64,000 nucleotides of DNA from Marsupella aquatica (Eukaryota > Plantae > Marchantiophyta): contig OZ316891.1 in the NCBI GenBank assembly GCA_973895155.1, positions 23,683,899 through 23,747,898 of the forward strand. Reading direction: 5' to 3'. The position numbers and the translations under genes are program-made. Below, one piece after another: positions 22,850 through 35,800 of the stretch (position 1 is its first letter; every line of letters starts with the position of its first letter). The notes under the pieces are model-generated. The model worked only from the letters and a program-made list of their open reading frames with translations. It was not told where the DNA came from and did no database searches.

Positions 22850-25800
22850 TGTGGTGCATCCCATGGCTCCCCAAACCCAAGAAACCCCCCCGCCCAAGCT
22901 GATTCCCGCAGGTTTCATGCTCGGCAAGGCCGTTTCCGTGGCTTAGCGGCATGGGATGCTGCTAACCTCCTACTACTACTATTAACATTTTACACACATA
23001 TACTAGACAAATCCTTCATCGGGTCATGAGATACGCAGTTGGCCTAATCTAGACCTTCTCTTGTCTTTCCCTCCTGTTGGTTAGGTATATTTGGATTCCG
23101 CCGCCGGAATGATCCCCAATTGGTTTGGTTAAGCCGCTAAGACCTCTCTCAGCTCGACACATCCAACTCTCACTCCCTTGCTTACTTCCCTTCTACTTGT
23201 TGATGTGGGCACTCTTCACACAAGTTAATGCGACACACAAATAGAAAAATGACTCCTTCTGACTGAGTTATACCATGCACTTGCAATACAAATAGTACAT
23301 CTCATACACAAGCTCTGCAAACTAAGCCGTGAGGCCAACTCTATTCAGTTCTTAGGTATGAGGAAACATGAATATACACAAGGGTCACTATATAACTAAC
23401 TGAGAGCTTCTCTTACTACTTGTTCCCAGCCCTGCTGGTGCAACTAAAAACTTGCTAAAGAAGAGGCCCTGCACTCCCCGCAGCCCAAGTACTTATCCTG
23501 GTCGTGGATCCGCCTGATTCCTTGCAGCGTAAGCCTAATCTACCTACTGTAATCTACCTATGTACAGCAACGCAGGAGCACAAGTGTTGCCTTCACCCGT
23601 GGATCCAAAATCCCACTAATCTAAGTGTCAGGGCCATCTCCTGGTCCTGATCCTAAGTCTAAACTTGGAGATCAGCGCCTGCCCTGCCCACTCACGCCTC
23701 CTACCTCCACGTCCGCCCTCCCTAAAAGGGACGGCGCCCTTACACCATCACGACACCGGTGGCTGGTCCTCAATGGACGCCCCCAATGCTTCCTCCGCAG
23801 CCACTGCCGTTGGTCCGTCCTCTGACAGATTACCTGCCCTTGATCGAGTCAACTCTTCATCGGCCTGACTGGGTCCACCCTCGGCTTTGGCCTCAACATC
23901 GGTCACGGCCTCCGATACGGCTACGGCCTCCTCGACATGTTCTAGTGGAGGATCCGGTACCTCGGCATCATTACTGGTTCTCTCGGCCTTGGCCTTGCCA
24001 TCTCCACTTCCTAGGACTGGTGGATCCACCGCCGTGCCGATGCCAGAGATTGGTGCCGGGTTTATCTTCTCGGTCACAACGGCTTGAGAAGCCGTATAAC
24101 CCCCAGACCTAGAAGGTTTCCGCTTCTTCTTCTTCCCTATTTTGACAGCCGGTTCCTTCCCCTTGCCACTTACCTTCAGCACCGGGGTGAGTGTTTCGGC
24201 TTGTCCTGCGGCCAATACTACCCCTGGTAACTGGGTTCCCCATTTGGAGTTGGACCTGATGAAGCCAAGCATTTAAATACTGCGGCTTGTGTCTTCAGCC
24301 GCTCCATTTGGTTGTTGGCCCGCCGCTGTAGGTTCTCCATCTTCCTCGTGATTCCCTCCAACTCCTCTTAGGTCTCATCCAGGTCCTTGCACGCCTCCTC
24401 CAGCTCCTTATTGGCTTCCTCCAATTTTTTCTTTAAGGTAGCCCTCTCCTCCTGGGTTGCTCTTAGCTCCTTGTCGAGCTCTGCTACGACCACAGACTCC
24501 ATCTTATTCATCTTGGCATAAGTCTGGTTGAGCTGGTCGTCCTTTTCACGCAGGTCGGCCTTGAAGCTGGCCGTTAGGGACGCAAGCTCCTACTGCAGCG
24601 CAATAATCCCTTGATAGGATTTCCCTAACTCTGCTTCCTTCTGCTCAAGGGCTCTGCGGATATCTTCAAGCTCTCCTTTCAACGCCCTCTCCCTTCTCTG
24701 GTTCTCTGCCATGGCCCGATTGTTGGTTGCTAAGTGGGCCTCCTCTGCATCCCTTAGCTCCCGCTTCCATTTCTCTCTTTCCTTGACTGCGCCGGCCATC
24801 TGATTGTCAGACTGAGCGGTATCCAACTGCCCCTACATGATGTTTAGCTCATGCCGCTTAATCTGTAGCTCATCTTGGGCTTTCTTGGCCACCTGCAGGA
24901 CTTCCACCTCGGCTTCCTTCTCCCTAAGCCACCGGATGACCTCGTCCTTCTTGCTTCTCTCCAAAGCCACCGCTTCTTCTAATCGGTGCTTTTCCAACAA
25001 CTCCCTTTGGAAAAAGGGTCCTTGCTCCAACTCCTCCCCAAAGATGCTGAGCGCGAGGTCCCCACACATCTCCCCGTACTCCATGGCTCTATCCTTAGCA
25101 TAGGTGGAGTAACTAGAAGTCATTGGCATCAACCACCGCGGCCTCTGCTCCCAAGCCGCCTTGCGGATTTCTTCTATGGTGGCAAGAGGGTTGCTTCTTT
25201 TTTTGGCAAGCCGCCTGATGTCCTCCGGCCAATCTCCTCCTTGTAAATCCTTCTCCCTAGCCAAGGCTGCTTTCTCTTCCTCCCTAAGTCGCTCCTGAAA
25301 TTCTTGTGCCGTCTGCTTTATGCCGTCAAAGCTCGGGGGAGCAATCTCTGGTGGGGGAGACTCGGGGCTACTTTGCTGGGTGGGGTCCCCTCGAACTACT
25401 CTTGGAAGCGTGGGGATAAATTGGCCACAGGTCCTTACTCCTGGAACATGATGATCCGACCCATAGCCAGAGCTATCATTGCTGTAGTCCTCCACCGCCT
25501 CCTCCACTACTTGGACTCCCAGCTTCTCCCTTTGTTCCCCTGGTCCAGTCGTGAAAACGGCCTTATAGATCACGGGCTCTGGTTCCTCTGGTTTCCAGGC
25601 TGACGTCTCCCTCTGCTCTCCACGGGAAGGAGCCTTAGACTGCTCTGCCTCTGATTCGGGGCTTGAGGCTCCCACATACATTTGCACTCCCGACTTATGT
25701 TATGGCCTCCTTCTCTCCTTGGCTCCGGTAAAGGGGTCTTCCCTTCTGAGTTGGCTTAGGCCGACCTATGGGGCAGCGTCCTATATCGGTGCCGTTGCCG

Positions 25801-27531
25801 TTGCCGGAACCGTTCTCTTTTCTTTCTCCAGCAATTTCAGCAGATTTTGCATGCCTGGTTGCTACATCGGCAAGTCTTCTTTCCTTGTCCGAAACACCTG
25901 CTCGATCATCGGACTGTCAGGCTGGTTGGGCTTCTCTGGTGCCGGCCCCTGCTCTGGAACCTCCTCCGGTGCCCTTGCCGATAGGGGAAGTACTGGGGCA
26001 AAGATTTGACTTCTGGCATACCGGCACAACAACGGCATGTGATAGCCAAGCCGGGACACGCTTCCCACGCCGATCACCTGCTGTTCCTCCTACAAGATCT
26101 TCTTCAGTTGGTTGAGGAGGCACCCATTGTAATCCCGGCTTGGGTCTGGCCTTTCTGCCAGGTAGACCTGAGCCTTGCCGATCTCTGCCCTCGGCAAGTT
26201 ATAGTGCATGGTCACCCGCAAGAAATCGATCATCTCTCCGATGTGCGGATTGGTGCAGGTGTTCCGGAAGAAGCCATTCTTCGTTGATGGTCTTGGGAAC
26301 GACCGGAACTCCTTGTCAGGTAAGGTCTTCCTGGTATCAACCTTGGTCTTATTACCCATCGGCAAGCCAAACACCTCAGCAATCACCCGGGGAGTGAGAT
26401 AGAAATCCTTCCCATACACCCTCGTGGAATTGGTCTTGGGTTCCCATGATCCCACAAATTCTAATAAGGCTGAGTCCGGCACCTCCAGCTTCAGCCATGG
26501 TAATCTTACGAAGGCTTCCAAGCCGGATCTGGCCATGAAGCCTTGGTACTTCTTGGTCTACATGGCCGTAAAGCATGCATCCTCCTCCCGTGCAAAGTGT
26601 AATTGCACTTCCTCCGGTAGGGTTGCCGCCCAGCCTTTCTAGGTGTCATCGTTTGTTGGAATGGCATTGATGGGATTGACCTCTTCATCTTTGGCTTCTC
26701 CCCTTGTCCTGCTCTGCTGCTCTGCTGGCTTCCTAGGTGCCGCCGACCTCGTTCTTTTTGCCGGGGTGGCCTCTTTGTTGTTGTTTCCTTTCCTCTTCAT
26801 CTCGGTTGCCATGGATGTTTCTCCTAGCAAGGTTGCCTTTGTCCACCCCTCCGTGTTACCCTTCAACTCCCAGTGTAGGTCGTTGTAGCGATTGATGGCT
26901 TCCTGGATGCCGACGATTCTGTTTTCGCAAAATAGAAGGTCATTGAGCTGATTGGCAATAGGAGTCCACAAGAACTCGGCCTTGATAAGTTCTCCTCCTA
27001 AGAAAGCCGTCTTCTGCAGTTCCCAGAGCCGAGCAAGCTCCTGCCATTCTCGAGCTGCTCTCTTCGATTCTTCGTCCTTGTAAGTCCTGACGTACTCACC
27101 TGCCCGTTCAAACAGGCATCCCCAAAAATGTGCCACTTGATTGACGTTGCTCATACCCTCCTTGAGTCAATTGTTGGTATCTGTTCTCACCCCAAGTGCT
27201 TGCCTAAGCAATTGACAGCATTTGGCCTCCCGTAGTTGTCTGCTCAGTTTGTTCTTGCAAATGAGCCACTATTCCTTGCGAGCGGTCCTTACCCCTCTCC
27301 TCCTTTGGTCTTCCCTCCCGTTGGTCATCCCTAGCCGCCGACGCTTAGCGGGCCCTAACCCTAATCGTGTTCTCTCCCCCGGCGTCCTTACTTCTGGCCT
27401 CGGCCCAGGTTCCATAGTCACCCTTAATTGTTTATATTTTCCTTGTTTTTGTTCCTATACTAAGGTGTTTCCAGGGTACACTCCTGCTTTACCATGTAAG
27501 CCGGGCTAGTGATCCCTGGCTAGGCATCACA
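22850..27531 (-). mobile_element. Family A isolated LTR, 4682 bp, ORF disrupted, no TSD
   Basis: Both termini are present. Flanks GAGGG and GTAGC do not match. ORF fragments 23748-24272, 24590-24826, 24833-25687, 26090-26536 and 26639-27154. Confidence 0.9.
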
Positions 27532-30500
27532 GTAGCAGAGGCAATTCTTGAAGTCCCAGCAAAGTTCTTTAGGCTGAAGGGCAACCAGTGGCTTACTCAA
27601 GCGGAGTTCGACAAGATTCCGGGGTACCTAGACCAGCAAAACGCAGCCAAAAAGCGCCAAGAAGACATCAGCAAACAACGGGAAGCGGCGCGTAATCTTA
27701 CTTTCCTCGGGGAAAGTTCTAACGCCTTTGACTGGGATATGGCTACCCCAACACCACCAGCACCTCAGCCGATGACCACTAGCGTACCTCCAAACCGGTC
27801 CCAAGTCCAACCAGTGATCAACACAGAGTGTTCTTCGGGTTCCGAGCGAGTTAGTCCGCAACTCGAGCAGCATTCTCGTAAGTGGGCAAGGACGGCGCCG
27901 GCCCCCAAATTGACAATGTGAACCAACGCCGTGCCTGCATCTACCCTGGCAAACCCCCCGGCCAACCAGACCTGACGGCCCCCGGATAACCCGAAGTCCA
28001 ACTTATTACAGGTAATCCGCGTCCCCAAAGTAGAGTGGATCACGATCAAGAAACTGGAACACGCGGACTATCTCAAGGAGCATCAGTTGGAGCAGTTTGC
28101 TCACTTGCTATGGAGGCAGTGTGCCGCCGGGCCAAAGGAGATTTGTGAGTTCATCTCCAATTTTGACACCGACGCATCGACCACTAAAGTTTTAGGGCAG
28201 ACCTTATCACTCACGGAGCATCGGTTGGCACAGATCTTCTGCCTGCCAACCGGACCAGTGCCGGTTGAACTTTGAATTCGGGATAAAGAGTATACACCTC
28301 GGCACTTCAAACCTGAGGGTAAGACGGACAACGGATACAAGCAGGGGTCGTGCACCAACTTAATCTGCATGGAGCGGCTTAACTTCATACGAACTACCCT
28401 ACACATGATTGAGCCACGATCCGAGATCTCCCTCTGCACGATCGTACAGGTGGAATAGTACAAACGGCGGAACTGGGCCTAATTCTTTCACCGTATATTC
28501 TCGAGGGAGCTAAAGCGGGCTCAGGGTGGTATGGCTATTGGAGGGAAGACTTACTTGGGAAGTCATATCGCCATCATCCTCGCCTGCTACAAGGCACGTT
28601 GGGAGGCCAGAGAAAAGAATATGGCCACCTCAGCCCCGACTAATGTCACCCCCGCCCTCGAGGAGGAAACCCCGAGCGTGCGGACTACCAACCCTCGGCC
28701 AAACCCCAAGCCGGAAGCCCCGACTAATACTCCGTCACCTCCTCCTATTGAAATTCCGCCGCCCCCTTCCGTTGAGCCTCCGCTACCCGCAGTGCAACCA
28801 CCCCCAATCCCTCCACCACCTAAAGAAACCTTCCCCTCCCCAGCACAGACTACGGAGGAGATCGTTGCCCCGCTCGAGGAACCACCGGTACCCGAGAGGA
28901 TGGAGGACTACCAAGTAGCCCCGGGGACCATGGCCTACGACCTGGTCCAGAAGTTTAGCCAGACTATGTTTGGGGAGCTGGCAACGTACATCGGACAACA
29001 AGTCTCGGCGTACTTTCAACCAGCCTTCTTCATGTTAGGGCACCAACCACGGATCGTAAGCCGCTTGGAAGAAGAACTCGTGGCGAAGGGGAATGAGATC
29101 GGGCGCTGTCATGAGGTTTCCATCCTAAAGAAGGAATCCTCATGTTTTGTGAAGGAAGTTGAAACCAATTTTGCTTCTAACTTGGGCAAGTTGACTTGAC
29201 TTGAGCTAACTTGACCAAGGTGAAGGAGGAAGTAGAGTTATGAGGGTCAAGGTAGGGATGAGGTTGAGCCTACCCACCATTGTTACTATTGTGGGGTATG
29301 TTTTTCATTTGTGACCAGCGATTAAGTTATCATTTGGTGGATTGGCGGAATGGAGGTTGCTTGCTCAACAAGCAAGGTATTTAGGGTTTTGGCAACATGG
29401 TGACCAGGTTCATTGAATACATGGAGGAGGTGACCAGGTTCAAGGCATGTAAGAGGGTTTGGTCCAAGTGCATCAGTTTTGTGAGATTTGGACCAGATTC
29501 AGATTTTTGTGTTAAATGGACCAGATTCAATGTATCTACTTCAACAGTGGATCTTGGTTTTGGTTAATGGATGGTTTGGATTGAAGGTGGAGATGTGAGT
29601 TAGGGCTTGGTGGAGGTCGTGGCTTTTTCAAAAAGGTCGAAGCTCATTTGGTTTACAAGTTACTAAGGAGGGGTTTTTTGGCTCATTTTTGGCCGTTTGA
29701 TCTAATTGGTGTGAGATCGAGGGCTGTGATTCAATGAGGATTAAAACCATAAGTGGAGGGGCTTGTGGGTGCCCTGGGCCTTCCCACGTGGGTACTAAAG
29801 GAGGAAGTTCGACTGGCCAAGGGTTCGGAAGTTAGATGCTGCTGAAGTGCTGCCGTTTTGCCGTTTTGGAGTGTTAAGTCCCATTTTTAGTTGTAGGAGC
29901 GAACCTCTTGAGGGGAGCTCGAGCATGAGGCATGAGTGAAGGGGGAGCCCTCCTCCTTGGCCATGGCCTTAGGATTTTGAGGGTAGGAGATGTAGAGGCA
30001 ATTTTGTGAAGAGATAAATGGAGTAGAAGCTTTGAATGTGAAGAGATTGAGTTTTGTGACGGTTTTTCTAGGGATTTGGAGAGAGGTTTCGAATGTAGGA
30101 GAGGCTGACTCAAAGCCTTAGGAAGGAGGTAGGATGTGAGTAGGAAGTATAAGGAGCTTGCATGAGAGATTGCCCACAAGAAGGCATACTCGAATGTAGG
30201 TTTGTTGCTTCAAGTTTTGAGGAGAATGGACTTGTAGGAGATTTTCGAAAGCTTAGAGGAGATGAGACCTAATCTTGTTGAAGCTTGGGAGTCTTGCATT
30301 AGAGATGGCTCACTAAGAAGGCCTACTCTCTTGTAAACTCCTTGACTTGAAGCTTCGAAAGTAGATTTGGTTGATAGAAGGAAGTATGAGAGAAGGAGAC
30401 TAGGGTTTTGAAGCTTGGATAGGCTATGGAGGGATTTTGAATGCTTGGTTGATGATTAGACTTGGTGATGATTCATTTTTGCTAGGAGGGTCTTGCTTGT

Positions 30501-32827
30501 GACCCATGTTTTTACTTGGAGGCCATGATGCTACATGTGCCTTCTTGCTATGCATTTAGAGGAGAGGTATCCTCATTTTTGAGATGTGTGTTGATGCCTT
30601 GCTTTGGCTATGAGTGATGGAATGGTTAGAATGAATGTCTTCATGCCATTTTTGAATGTTGTTGTGAGCTTGAAGGTGTTTTTGAAAGTAGATGGGTTGG
30701 ATGAAGGTACTTTCAAAAGTAGTTATTATGCATGAGGGAAGTTGCAAGAGTAAAGAGTGAAGGCATTTTCGATTGATGGAATGGGTTGTTTGTGGATTGT
30801 ACTTGGTGGTTCTACTAGAGGAAGGGACTAAGGTCAATTCCATGTTTGTTAAGGAGTTTGTTGACCAACCCTAGGTCACTTTTCGAAAGTAGTTTTCCAT
30901 GTTTCAACAGTTGGATGTTTGAATGGTGCATAGAGATGCCTTGCATACCTTTGGATGTCCCACTTGTCTTAGCCACAACCAAGAGTGACCCTTAACTTGA
31001 CCACATTGATGTAAGCTTGAACTTGTGTACCTTAGAGGGTTGCAAGGGATTGTGTGCAATCAAGTGTTGGAAAAGGAATGGTGACCAATTGAATGTTGGG
31101 CTTAGACTTGTGAGGATTACATTGGGAAGCTTGAACTAGTTATTTTGATTGTGATTGGATATGAGTATGTAAATGGCTTGAGTTTTGAAAGCATGCTTGC
31201 TTGCTTGTGATGATGTGGATGAAAGGTTAGGGTAGATACTTTGTCTTGTTTGCAACCGTTTCCTATCTCAAGCAGCCATACACCCTGCGTGTCCCTTGAG
31301 GCCTTTTCCCACCTCTTTGCTTATCCTCAGGACAACGCCTCCAAATGCTGGTAGAGCACCTCGAGGAGGAGGCCACTACCCGTCGTGAGGAGTTAGTCCG
31401 CACCGTCGAACAGAGGGACGGACTAACACAGGAGTTGAGCGGAGCGCAAGTAGATCTCAAAAAGCTGGACGATTCCGTGCTTCAATTGCGCTCAGAATCT
31501 TTGGCTCGGGTTACCAGCCTGACCGACCTCAACAAACAGTTCCTACAGGCAGCTCAGCAGGTAGCTAGTCTCTCCGCCGAACGGGATAAATTGCTGGCAC
31601 AGGACCAGACCCATTGCAACTCCATTAACCAGCTCAAGCTGGAGGTAGCGCGGCTCCAGACAGAGGCCGATGAAGCTGCAAACAAGGCGAAGGAGGCGGT
31701 GCGGGACAACAAGGCCTTGCAGGATTGCATTGCCCTGCTTGTCCTCCAGCGGGGAAAACCTGGGCCCACCTCTGATCAAGGCGGCTTGAGGTCTTGCCCC
31801 GACAGGGGGACAAACCCTGGTCTGACCACAGCACACACGTAAGGGGTGGTTAGCAAAGGGTGGAAGCAAGCGCCACGCAAGGCAATTGAGTCAGCGACAT
31901 CTTTTGGTTAAGCGTAAAGACAGAATAGCTGTCATTAGGCGCCGATTAGTGGTAGTAGGAAGAATTAGGACCAAATCAGTTAGGAGCCGCCAGCGTAGGA
32001 TGGAGTCCATCAACGGACTAGATTTTGTCAGTAGGCTTAGCTGCTGCCATTCCGGTTAGCACTCTTGTCGTCAATGGTCAACCAGTCAGTACAGCACGGC
32101 CAGTTAGTCAGAGGGTAGTTAGTCAGTAGGTAGTCTCCCGGAAGGTAGTATCCTCCGGTTCCCTTTTGCAACTGTAGTATTTAGGCTTCCCCTTCCGCCA
32201 TGGAAGGGGGAGAAGGCTTAGTTATCTCAGCAGAAGAAAAGGCGAGACACGGGGAGTCCCGGCCTGAGTAGGGTCAGAGCGCACCAAGGAGTGAGAGCCA
32301 GAGTCGAGCTTGCTGGGCAAGTGCGAGGCGGGGCTTTGTAGAGACTGGGCATCGACTGCCGTTGGGCCTGCTGACCCCCTTAGAAGTTGAGTCAACCATG
32401 TAAACTGATGCTTCGCTGAGTAAATGTAGCCTTTTCCCTCTAATGTTTCCGCAAGTAACTGGTGTTGTGTGTATGCTTTGTCTGGGCAAAGGCGCCATTT
32501 TAAGGGACGTACCGGGTGCGGACTAATGGTAGGGATTGCCACCCATTGCATGTCACAAGGTTCTGTCACGTCGATGGCTTGAAAAGCCCCAAGCCGGGAG
32601 TTAGTCCGAGTCACTAATTGAGGGAAAATTCCAGCAATGGAAAATAAATATACCTATGACTAGTACAAATTGCGTAAGTGTTATACCAGTAAGTATATCA
32701 ACTTAGCCCGACTTAGGGCTAATCGGGGCCACTACACACCTCCTTGCCCAAACCCTCACCCCTACTGGTGGTCGAGGTTGCGCCATGAAACTAAACTGGA
32801 TTTAAGACCCAGGTTAGGGACGTGACA
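27532..32827 (+). mobile_element. Family B element 3' part with disrupted accessory ORF, interrupted by a solo LTR
   Basis: LEQFAHLLW...ICEFISNFD...VLGQTLSLTEHRLAQIFCLP (28087-28275), then 28531-29106 and 31345-31842. Terminus ...GGACGTGACA at 32827, as at 7387. Confidence 0.8.
29107..31334. mobile_element. Unrelated solo LTR-like insertion (2228 bp)
   Basis: Termini TGTCATGAGG...CCTCAGGACA (9/10 inverted match). A 4-bp TSD GCGC/ACGC restores the family B reading frame seen at 5890-5910. No long ORF. Confidence 0.8.
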
Positions 32828-35800
32828 TTGGCTCGCCGCTGTAAGTTCTCCATCTTCCACGTGCTTTCCTCCAACTCCTCCTGCACTTCGTCCAGGTCCT
32901 TGCGCGCCTCTTCCAGCTCCTTCTGGGCTTCCTCCAATTCCTTGTGGGCTGCCTCCAACTCCTTCTTTAAGGTAGCCCTCTCCTCCTGGGTTGCTCTTAG
33001 CTCCTTGTTGAGCTCCGTTACGACCTCAGACTCCATTTTATTCATCTTGGCATAAGTCAAGTCGAGCTGGTCATCTTTCTCATGGAGGTCAGCCTTGAAG
33101 CTGGCCATCAGGGATGCAAGCTCCTGTTGCAGCATAATAATCGTCTGATAGGATTTCCCTAACTCGGCCTCCTTCTGCTCAAGGATATCCTTGAGCTCCC
33201 CCTTCAACGCCCTCTCCCTTCTCTGGGTCTCTGCCATGGCCCAGTTGTTGGCTGCTATGTGGGCCTCCTCTGCGTCCCTTAGCTCTCGCTTCCACTTCTC
33301 CCTCTCCTTGATTGCTTCGGCCAACTCTCCTTGGGTCCGAGTCAGTTTATTCTCGATAATCCAATTATCAGACTGTGCGGTATCCAATTGCCCCTGCATG
33401 ATGTTTAGCTCATGCCGCTTAATCCGCAGTTCATCTTGGGTTTTCTTGGCCGCCTTCAGGTCTTCTACCTCGGCTTCCCTTGCCCTAAGCCGACAAATGA
33501 CCTCGTCCTTCTTGCTTCTTTCCAAAGCCACCGCTTCTTCTGATCGGCGCTTCTCCAACATCTCCCTCTGGAAAAAGGGTCCCTGCTCCAACTCCTCCTC
33601 AAAGATGCTGAGTGCAAGTTCCCCACACATCTCCCGTACTCCATGGCTCTGTCTTTAGTTGGGTGAGGAGGTACCCGTTGTAGTCCCAGCTTGGGTCTAG
33701 CCTCTCCGCCAGATAGACCTGTGCCTTGCCGATCTCTGCCCTTGGCAAGTTGCAATGCATGGACACCCGCAAGAAATTGATCATCTCTCCTATGTGCGGG
33801 TTGGTGCAAGTGTTTCGGAAGAAGCCATTCTTTGTTGATGGCCCTGGAAATGACCAGAACTCCTTGTCTAGCAAGGTCTTCCTAGTATCTACTTTGGTCT
33901 TATTGCCCATCGGCAAGCCAAATACTTTGGCAATCACCCGAGGAGTGAGATAGAAATCCTTCCCATACACCCTTGTGGAATTGGTCTCGGGATCCCATGA
34001 TCCCACGAATTCTAGTAAGTCTGAATCCGGCACCTTCGGCTTCAACCACGGCAACCTTACAAAGGCTTCCAAGCCGGATCCGGCCATGAAGCCCTGGTAT
34101 TTCCAAGTTTGCATGGCCGTAAAGCATGCATCCTCTTCACGTGCAAAGTGTAATTGCACTTCCTTGGGGAGGGTCGCCGCCCAGCCTGTCCAGGTATCAT
34201 CTCTTGTTGGAATGGCATTGATGGGGTTGACCTCCTCCTCTTCGGCTTCCGCCTGCCTCCTGCTTCCCTACTGTGCTGGTTTCCTAGGTGCCGCCAACCT
34301 TGTTCTTTTTGCAAGGGTGGCTTCTTTGTTGTTGTTCCCCTTCCTCTTCATAGTGGCTGCCGTGGATGTTTCTCCTAGCACGGTTGCCTTTGTCCACCCC
34401 TCCGTGCTACCTTTTAACTCCCAGTGTATGTCGTTGTAGCGTTTGATGGCTTCGCGGATGCCGATGATTATGTCCTTGCAAAACAAAAGGTCGTCTAGCT
34501 CGTCGCCAGTAGGTGTCCACAGGAATTCAGCCTTGATGAGTTCTCCTCCTAAGAAGGCAGACTTTTGCAGCTCCTGCAGTCAAGTGAGCTCTTGTCGTTC
34601 TCTAGCTGCTCTCTCTTCATCTTCATCTTTGTAGGTCCCAATGTACTCAGTTGCCCGTTCGAAAAGGCATCCCCAAAAATTAGCAGCTTGATTGACGTTG
34701 CTCATACCCTTCTTGCGTTGATTAGCCGGTATCTGCTCCACCCTGAGTGCTTGCCTAAGCAACTGACAGTAGTTGGCCTCCCGTAGTCGTCTGCTTAGTT
34801 CGTGCTTGCAAATGAGCCACCATTCCTTGCGGTCGGTCCTTACCCCCCTCATTGCCCGGTCTTCCTTCCCGTTGGTGACCCCTAGCCGTCGACACTTAGC
34901 GCGCCCTAACCCTAATCGTGTTCCCTCCCTCGGCGTCCTTACTTCCGGCCTTGGCTTGGGTTCCATAGTCACCCTTAATTGTTTATATTTTCCATATTTT
35001 TATTACTATACTAAGGTGTTTCCAGGGTACACTCCTGATTTTACCATTTAACTGGCCTAGTGATTCCTGGCTAGGCATCACATAGCTCCCCACTTAATTG
35101 TGAAGCGTCCTCGTGAACAACTTCATCCATATAGTATTTCTTGAGGCGGTCGTAATGAATGCAAACTGGGTATATTTCTCCAGTAATGTTGGCCAATTGC
35201 ATGGAGCCATTCATTTGGAGAACTTCATGTTTACCCTGAAGGGTCCTAACCAGCGAGTGTAAAGTTTACCTGGGAACCTACTATATCTACTATCATAAAG
35301 TAATACAAGATCTCTTGGGTGAATACTAACTGGTTTCAACTTTTTATCATACTGTTGCTTCATGGTATTCTGTCTATATTCTACTCTCTTGGCTGAAATC
35401 ATTTTTGCCTCTTCTAAAGCTTCTAATCTATATTCTCGCTCTTTCAGGCTTTCCTCCTCTGAGACTCTTTCCTCAATTGTAACTTGAAATGTAGGTATCT
35501 CAAGTTGCATGGGTACCAGAGCTTCCTGCCCAAAGGTTAAGAAAAAGGGTTTATGACCAGTAGTGGATTTATAGGCTAAATTGTAAGCAAAAACAGTAGC
35601 AAACAATTTATCATCCCAATCGATTTTGTTCTAAGCTACAGTCTTGTTTAATATTTTTCCTATAATCCCATTGGCTCGTTCTGTCAACCCATTTGCCTTT
35701 GGGTGGTAAGGAGTAGTAGACCTATGTCTAACCAAATACTGCTCATTTAAACGACTAATTATATCATTCAGAAAATGGGTTCCTCCATCACTAACTAAGT

